Shown here: one piece after another, positions 56,088 through 60,741 of the stretch
Layout of the letters: every line of letters begins with the position of its first letter
How positions within the stretch are numbered: position 1 is the stretch's first letter
Source of the DNA: PVC group bacterium
Lineage (GTDB): Bacteria > Auribacterota > Erginobacteria > Erginobacterales > PUNC01
Direction of reading: 5' to 3'
Assembly: GCA_003551625.1 (NCBI GenBank)
Contig: PUNC01000243.1
Span: 1 to 60,741 of the forward strand
Length of the DNA stretch: 60,741 bases
Position numbers and translations under genes: made by a program
Notes under the pieces: model-generated
The model's database searches: none
What the model was told of the DNA's origin: nothing
Seen by the model: only the letters and a program-made list of their open reading frames with translations

Positions 56088-56792
56088 TCACTTCCTCAAC
56101 CCCAGCTTCAGCAGAAATATCGGCCGCAGCAGCTTCCACCAGTCGATCCCCGGCCGGATCTTGGTATAGCCGAGCTTTTTCGGCGGGTAGATCTTGGTCA
56201 CCGGGACCTCTTTTACCCGGTAGCCCAACGTTGCCGCCCGGTAGAGTATATAGGGTTCTAATTCGTAGGCGTTCAGCCACTCCTGATCGAGGTTGATCCT
56301 CGGGTCGGAGAAGATGCTCAGCCGGATGGCCCGGAAGCCGTTCGTGGTGTCGGTAAAGCGGCTTCCGGTCGCGAGGTTCATCAGCCAGGGATGAAGCCGG
56401 GTGGCCAGGCGGCGGTAGGCGGGCATTCCCCCGCTGGTTCCGCCGGCAAGATAGCGCGAACCCTGCGCGAGATCGCAACCGTCGGCGATCTCGCGAAGCA
56501 GCAGGGGTATCTCGGAAGGCCGGTCCTTGTCGTTCCCGGCCAGGATTACGATCACGTCAAAACCGTGGGAGCGGGCGTATTTGACGGCGGTCCGAATCGC
56601 AGCGCCGACACCATAACGCTTCTCGTGAGAGACCACCTCCACCCCCCGCCGCTCGACCTCCCGCCGGGTCTCATCGGTGGAGGCGTCATCCACGACGATG
56701 ATCTTGTCCACCAGCCCGGGGGTGAAACGGTCCAGGACCCGTCCGATCTTCTCTCCCTCGTTGAACGCGACCGGTGCCGCCAGCGTCCTCAC
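56088..56792 (-). CDS. Family 2 glycosyltransferase
   Basis: AAPVAFNEGEKIG..IIVVDDASTDET.. is a GT-A fold. The GTG at 56792 overlaps the upstream TGA (GTGA). Confidence 0.75.
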   Translation of the reverse strand: MRTLAAPVAFNEGEKIGRVLDRFTPGLVDKIIVVDDASTDETRREVERRGVEVVSHEKRYGVGAAIRTAVKYARSHGFDVIVILAGNDKDRPSEIPLLLREIADGCDLAQGSRYLAGGTSGGMPAYRRLATRLHPWLMNLATGSRFTDTTNGFRAIRLSIFSDPRINLDQEWLNAYELEPYILYRAATLGYRVKEVPVTKIYPPKKLGYTKIRPGIDWWKLLRPIFLLKLGLRK

Positions 56793-57388
56793 TGACCCAG
56801 CTCCGCGGGGGCGATCCCGGATTCGGTTGCCCGGTAACGCCGATCGCACTCCCGGCAGGATAATTGGGCTTTGTCAAGACCGCCTCCGCAAACACAGACG
56901 AATCCGGAAACCCGGGCCGGAACGCCGAGAACGAGCCCGAAATCGGGCACATCCTTCAGCACCAGGGCCCCGGCGGCGACCAGCGCGTAACGGCCGATGG
57001 TGACTCCGGCAAGGATCGTGGAGTTGGCCCCGATCGAGGCGCCCTCACGAACATTGGTCTTGGCCAGCCAATCCTTGGAGCGGTATCTTTCCGCGGCCGC
57101 CGGGTTGCGCGGGGAGCGGGGGCGGCGATCGTTGGTGAAGACGGCGTTGGGTCCGACGAAAACATAATCTTCCAGGATCACGCCTTCCCATATGCAGACG
57201 TTGTTCTTGACGGTCACACCGTCTCCCACCACGGCCCCGGCCTCGATAAAGGCGTGATCCCCGATGTTGCAGTCGCGGCCGATCTCGGCTCCCTTCATAA
57301 CGTGGGCGAAAGCCCAGATCCTGGTGCCGTCGCCGACCGCGGAGGATTCGTTCAGCGCTCTCTGGTGAACGAAGACCTTATCCGCCAT
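56789..57388 (-). CDS. Hexapeptide-repeat sugar N-acetyltransferase (WbpD/WlbB-like)
   Basis: Left-handed beta-helix repeats (IGDHAFIEAGAVVGDGVTVKNNVCIWEGVILEDYVFVGPNAVFTND). C-terminal CxC..CxxC tail. Confidence 0.8.
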   Translation of the reverse strand: MADKVFVHQRALNESSAVGDGTRIWAFAHVMKGAEIGRDCNIGDHAFIEAGAVVGDGVTVKNNVCIWEGVILEDYVFVGPNAVFTNDRRPRSPRNPAAAERYRSKDWLAKTNVREGASIGANSTILAGVTIGRYALVAAGALVLKDVPDFGLVLGVPARVSGFVCVCGGGLDKAQLSCRECDRRYRATESGIAPAELGQ

Positions 57389-58412
57389 AGGCCACCTCGG
57401 TCATCCGGCCGCCATCGGCCAGGGAGCGGGAAGCGGCCTCCAGGATGTCGACCACCTCCGCCCCCTCTTTCGCCGAACCGCGGACGTCCTCCTGCTCGCC
57501 GAGACAGCGTTTGAAGAAAGCCAGCGACTGGGCCATAAGCGGCTCCCGGGAAGGAATCCGGGGAAGGATGACATCCCCCTCCCTCGACAACAGCTGAAAC
57601 TCGCCGAAGGTACGGTAACGCGGCTCCCGGGTTACCTTCCGGTCATATACCGCCACCGGGCCGGGAGACCCGAGGTCGTCCCAGGTGATCATCTTATTTT
57701 CGCCCACCAGGGTGATCTGCCGGACTTTCTTGGGGTCGAGCCAGCTGACGTGAATATGGCCGAGCAGTCCGCCGGGATAGCGCAGCGTCAGGAAAACGAT
57801 GTCTTCGAGAGAATCCTGAAGATACCTGCCGCCGACCGCCGCCGCCGATTCGGGTCGGCCGGCGGCCAGGTGATTGAGAATGTAGATATCGTGCGAAGCG
57901 AGGTCCCAGGCGGCGTTGACATCGTAGCGAAAAGGCCCCAGGTTGGTCCGGACGGCGCTTATGTAGTAAAGCTTCCCGGCCTCCCCGTTCCGGGCGGCGG
58001 CGGCCAGGTAATCTATCCCGGGATTGAAAAGAAAGACGTGGCCGACCATCAGCCTCCGGCGGTGCTTCTCCGCCAGCGCGGCCAGCTCCCAGGACTGGCC
58101 GCTGTCGGCGGCGAGCGGTTTTTCGCAGAGAACGTGCTTGCCCGCTTCCAGCGCGGCCTTGACCAACCGGTAATGGGTAGAAGTCGGCGTCGCCACCACC
58201 ACCGCGTCTACGGCGGGATCGCCGATCACCCGTCCGGCGTCTTCGTGGGCTTCGACACCCGGATATGAATTAACTATGGAATCCCGCCGCGGTCCGTCCG
58301 GGTCGGCGACCGCCTTCACCCGGCAGCCGGGAATGCCGTTGAAGTTCCGAACGTGGTTAGGCCCCCAGCGTCCGACGCCAACAACCCCGACCGTCAACGT
58401 CTTCCCGCCCAT
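57378..58412 (-). CDS. Gfo/Idh/MocA family oxidoreductase (WbpB/WlbA-like)
   Basis: VGVVGVGRWGPNHVRNF Rossmann N-terminus, then EKPLA. Confidence 0.82.
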   Translation of the reverse strand: MGGKTLTVGVVGVGRWGPNHVRNFNGIPGCRVKAVADPDGPRRDSIVNSYPGVEAHEDAGRVIGDPAVDAVVVATPTSTHYRLVKAALEAGKHVLCEKPLAADSGQSWELAALAEKHRRRLMVGHVFLFNPGIDYLAAAARNGEAGKLYYISAVRTNLGPFRYDVNAAWDLASHDIYILNHLAAGRPESAAAVGGRYLQDSLEDIVFLTLRYPGGLLGHIHVSWLDPKKVRQITLVGENKMITWDDLGSPGPVAVYDRKVTREPRYRTFGEFQLLSREGDVILPRIPSREPLMAQSLAFFKRCLGEQEDVRGSAKEGAEVVDILEAASRSLADGGRMTEVAYGG

Positions 58413-59119
58413 TATTCTTCCTCTTTCGCGGAGAGTATGATCCGCGCGTCCACCACCCAGGCCTTATTCGCGTCCACCCGGAGCGGGTTGGCGTCAAGCT
58501 CGGAGATCTGCGGATAATCCGCCACCAACCGCGAAATCCGGCTGATGGCCCGCGCCAGCGCCGGAATATTCGCCGCCTCTTCGCCCCGGAATCCCTTGAG
58601 CAGCACCGCCGAACGGATCTCTTCGATCATCCCGGCCGCCTCGTCTTCCGAAACCGGAGCCGCCCGGAAAACAACGTCCTTGAAAACCTCGACGAATATT
58701 CCGCCCAGGCCGAACATCACCACCGGCCCGAACTGGGGGTCGCGGCTGGAGCCGATTATCACCTCCCGGCCGGTGGGGATCATCTTCTGAACCAGGATAC
58801 CCCGGATCTCGGCCCCGGAATCGTAATCCGCGGCGTTTTTTCTGATCGCGTCCCAGGCTTCCCGAAGCTCGGCTTCCCCGGAAATACCGACCTTGACCCC
58901 GCCGGCGTCGGATTTGTGTATTATCTGGGGGGACATAATCTTGAGCACCACCGGCCAGCCCGCTTCGGAAGCGAAGGCAACCCCGTCTTCCGGCGACTCC
59001 GCCAGGATTGCCGGGGCCACGTCAAGCCCGTATTCGGCCAGAATTTCCTCGGCTTCGTACTCGAGCAGGAACTCGCGGCCTTCTTTCAAACATCTTTCGA
59101 TGACGGCGCTGATGTTCAT
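58412..59119 (-). CDS. acdB: ADP-forming acetyl-CoA synthetase beta subunit (ATP-grasp)
   Basis: LEYEAEEILAEYGL..VVLKIMSPQIIHKSDAGGVKVGI. Confidence 0.82.
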   Translation of the reverse strand: MNISAVIERCLKEGREFLLEYEAEEILAEYGLDVAPAILAESPEDGVAFASEAGWPVVLKIMSPQIIHKSDAGGVKVGISGEAELREAWDAIRKNAADYDSGAEIRGILVQKMIPTGREVIIGSSRDPQFGPVVMFGLGGIFVEVFKDVVFRAAPVSEDEAAGMIEEIRSAVLLKGFRGEEAANIPALARAISRISRLVADYPQISELDANPLRVDANKAWVVDARIILSAKEEE

Positions 59120-60558
59120 TGCCGGCCCCTTGCCCGCCCGGCCCGTCTCAATCGGCCGTATTCATACATCGCCTTCATGGTCCAGGCGGCCATCTTCACG
59201 TCGAAGAAATTGGGGATTCCGTTCTCAAGCAGGTGCCGGATTCCGTCCTGGCTGATCATCCCCCCCATAAAGGCGGCCAGGACGGGCCGGTTGTATTTTT
59301 GTTGCAGCTCCACCACCAGGCGCGCGTCGCCCATATTGTCGGTAACCGCCTGCAGGGTCTGAATGACGATCACGCCGTCGTAGGCGTCGGAGGTCAGTAT
59401 CTCTTCCAGGACGGCGCGATAACGGTCGGGGCCGGCGTCGCCCACCAGGTCGAAGGGGTTGTTGCGCGACCAGGCCGGGTGCATCAGTCCGGTCCGGTCC
59501 AGACGCGAAATCATCTCCGGCGGCGCGTCCGGTAGTTCCAGCCCGGCTTCCTGGCAGTAGTCGGCGCACATCACCCCGCACCCACCGCCGTTGGTGACGA
59601 TGGCGATCCGGTTGCCTTCCAGGGCCGGCTGTTCGGCCAGGGCCCGGCTGACCGCCAGCATTTCGGTCAGGTTATCGGCCGCGATCACCCCGGCCTGCCG
59701 GAATACCCCCTGGTAGATCCGGTAGCTGCCCGACAGGGAGCCGGTATGAGAGGAGACCGCTTTCACCCCCTTGGGCGAGCGGCCCGCCTTCATAGCCACG
59801 ATCGGCTTGATCGGTGAAACCCGCCGCGCCGTCTCCAGAAAATAACGCCCGTCCCGAACGCCTTCGAGATAAAGCGCGATGGCCCGGGTATGGGGGTCGC
59901 GAGCGGCCCAGGCCAGCAGATCGGGGACGTCGACATCGGCCTTGTTGCCGTAGCTGACAATGGCGCTGAATCCGTATTCCTCCTTCAACGCCCAGTCGAT
60001 GACGCTGTCGACCAGGGCTCCCGACTGGCTGAAGAACGCCACCGCGCCGGCACGGGGAAGAGTCGGACCGAAACTGGCGTTGAGTTTGTTGGGGGGGTAG
60101 AAAAGCCCGAGGCAGTTGGGGCCGATGATCCGGATGCCGGCTTCGCGGGCGATCTTGAGGAATTTTTCCTGGAGTTCGGAACCGTCCTTGCCGGCTTCCT
60201 GAAAGCCGGCGGTCAGCACGATCGCGGCCTTCACGCCCTTGCGGGCGCATTCGGCCATCACCTTGGGAACCACTTTCGGGGGAACCGCGATCACCGCCAG
60301 ATCCACCGGACCTTCCACGTCAAGAACCGAGGGGCGGCAGCGCACGCCCAGGATCTCGCTCTCCTTGGGATTGATGGCGTGGATATCGCCCCTGAAACCC
60401 TCCAGTCCCTCCCGGTGAAAGACCCCGCCCTCCACCAGGCTTTTCAGAACGCCGAAGCCGACCTTGCCGGTTTTCCGGGAAGCCCCGATAACGGCCACGC
60501 CCCGCGGCGTGAAAAACGGCTGCAGCTGATCGTGGATCTTGTCGATATCGGAAACCAT
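59116..60558 (-). CDS. acdA: ADP-forming acetyl-CoA synthetase alpha subunit (CoA-binding/ligase-CoA)
   Basis: FFTPRGVAVIGAS..GKVG, GPNCLGL, SSHTGSLSG (phosphohistidine loop). ATG 60558 is preferred over the track TTG at 60564. GAGG 7 nt upstream. Confidence 0.85.
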   Translation of the reverse strand: MVSDIDKIHDQLQPFFTPRGVAVIGASRKTGKVGFGVLKSLVEGGVFHREGLEGFRGDIHAINPKESEILGVRCRPSVLDVEGPVDLAVIAVPPKVVPKVMAECARKGVKAAIVLTAGFQEAGKDGSELQEKFLKIAREAGIRIIGPNCLGLFYPPNKLNASFGPTLPRAGAVAFFSQSGALVDSVIDWALKEEYGFSAIVSYGNKADVDVPDLLAWAARDPHTRAIALYLEGVRDGRYFLETARRVSPIKPIVAMKAGRSPKGVKAVSSHTGSLSGSYRIYQGVFRQAGVIAADNLTEMLAVSRALAEQPALEGNRIAIVTNGGGCGVMCADYCQEAGLELPDAPPEMISRLDRTGLMHPAWSRNNPFDLVGDAGPDRYRAVLEEILTSDAYDGVIVIQTLQAVTDNMGDARLVVELQQKYNRPVLAAFMGGMISQDGIRHLLENGIPNFFDVKMAAWTMKAMYEYGRLRRAGRARGRQ

Positions 60559-60595
60559 CCTCAAACCTCATTCCTCAAACCATCTCATTTAGGGT

Positions 60596-60624
60596 ATTAT
60601 ATTGATCGGGGATAGGGATTCCAA
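60596..60624 (-). promoter_or_regulatory. Candidate sigma70 promoter (TTGGAA-17-TATAAT) for acdAB and the sugar cluster
   Basis: The minus strand reads attgtcTTGGAAtccctatccccgatcaaTATAATaccc. Confidence 0.45.
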
Positions 60625-60675
60625 GACAATAGTTTATCCACCCCCGATTCTGGAATACTCCGCGTCCGGAGTGTC

Positions 60676-60741
60676 CGGGGCGTAGCGCAGCCAGGTTCAG
60701 CGCGTCTGCTTTGGGAGCAGAAGGTCGGCGGTTCGAATCCG
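60676..60741 (+). tRNA. tRNA-Pro (anticodon UGG), 3' end outside window
   Basis: CGGGGCGTAGCGCAGCCAGGTTCAGCGCGTCTGCTTTGGGAGCAGAAGGTCGGCGGTTCGAATCCG. Anticodon stem TCTGC/GCAGA, loop TTTGGGA. Confidence 0.85.

Noticed and set aside
54748-56478. 576-aa ORF extending the aminotransferase upstream
   Set aside because: The extension runs through the repeat island (translating the 12-nt units as TLTRTLTRTLTH) and then antisense into the GT2 gene. The real start is the ATG at 55863, which has an AAGGAG.

Overview
High-GC (about 65% by eye) bacterial chromosomal segment, about 95% coding. It is dominated by long minus-strand housekeeping operons with many 1-4 nt start/stop overlaps.

Gene content in order:
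- partial radical SAM gene, then a DUF72 / DUF62 (SAM hydrolase family) / ridA / rsmB / DUF116 / fmt / DUF192 string
- a secreted protein built from four tandem OB-fold-like repeats
- adenosine deaminase
- a TGS/SAD/uridine-kinase-like protein with a degenerate P-loop
- a plus-strand hydB-hydA-hydC trimeric [FeFe]-hydrogenase locus, followed by a nitroreductase and glgX
- DUF1015, tamB-tamA, an HD hydrolase, der, pgsA, gltX
- a four-subunit 2-oxoacid:ferredoxin oxidoreductase
- nadK, tlyA, dxs, xseB/xseA, ymdB, rny, 5-formyl-THF cyclo-ligase, rarA
- pheT/pheS, rplT-rpmI-infC-thrS, tRNA-Val, ogt
- IspH fused to a UbiA-like membrane domain
- a WbpB/WbpD/WbpE-like diamino-sugar cluster with a GT2
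- split ADP-forming acetyl-CoA synthetase and a partial tRNA-Pro

A diderm, anaerobic organism is implied (TamAB, FeFe hydrogenase, OFOR, ADP-ACS). The lineage cannot be named from sequence alone. I saw no rRNA, CRISPR, transposase, integrase, phage or recognisable defence genes.

The most unusual signal is non-coding. At least four and probably six AT-richer intergenic islands (20.95-21.19, 38.36-38.56, 44.16-44.44, 46.84-47.13, 54.39-54.76 and 55.87-56.09 kb) are assembled from a shared set of short modules.
- Some modules are identical over 30-35 nt, and their order and copy number are reshuffled between loci.
- Most modules are themselves 3-5 stuttered copies of a 7-, 8- or 12-nt word.
- The islands split gene pairs that are normally contiguous (pheS/pheT, xseA/xseB, the wbp-like genes).
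- One module carries a TTGAAC-17-TATAAA promoter-like site aimed at the downstream gene.

Secondary points of interest:
- the IspH-UbiA-like fusion
- a TSCSP (not TSCCP) H-cluster motif in HydA
- the 4x OB-repeat exoprotein
- the P-loop-degenerate kinase-like protein
- a TGS-less ThrRS

All calls come from reading the sequence and the ORF track. No database search was possible.
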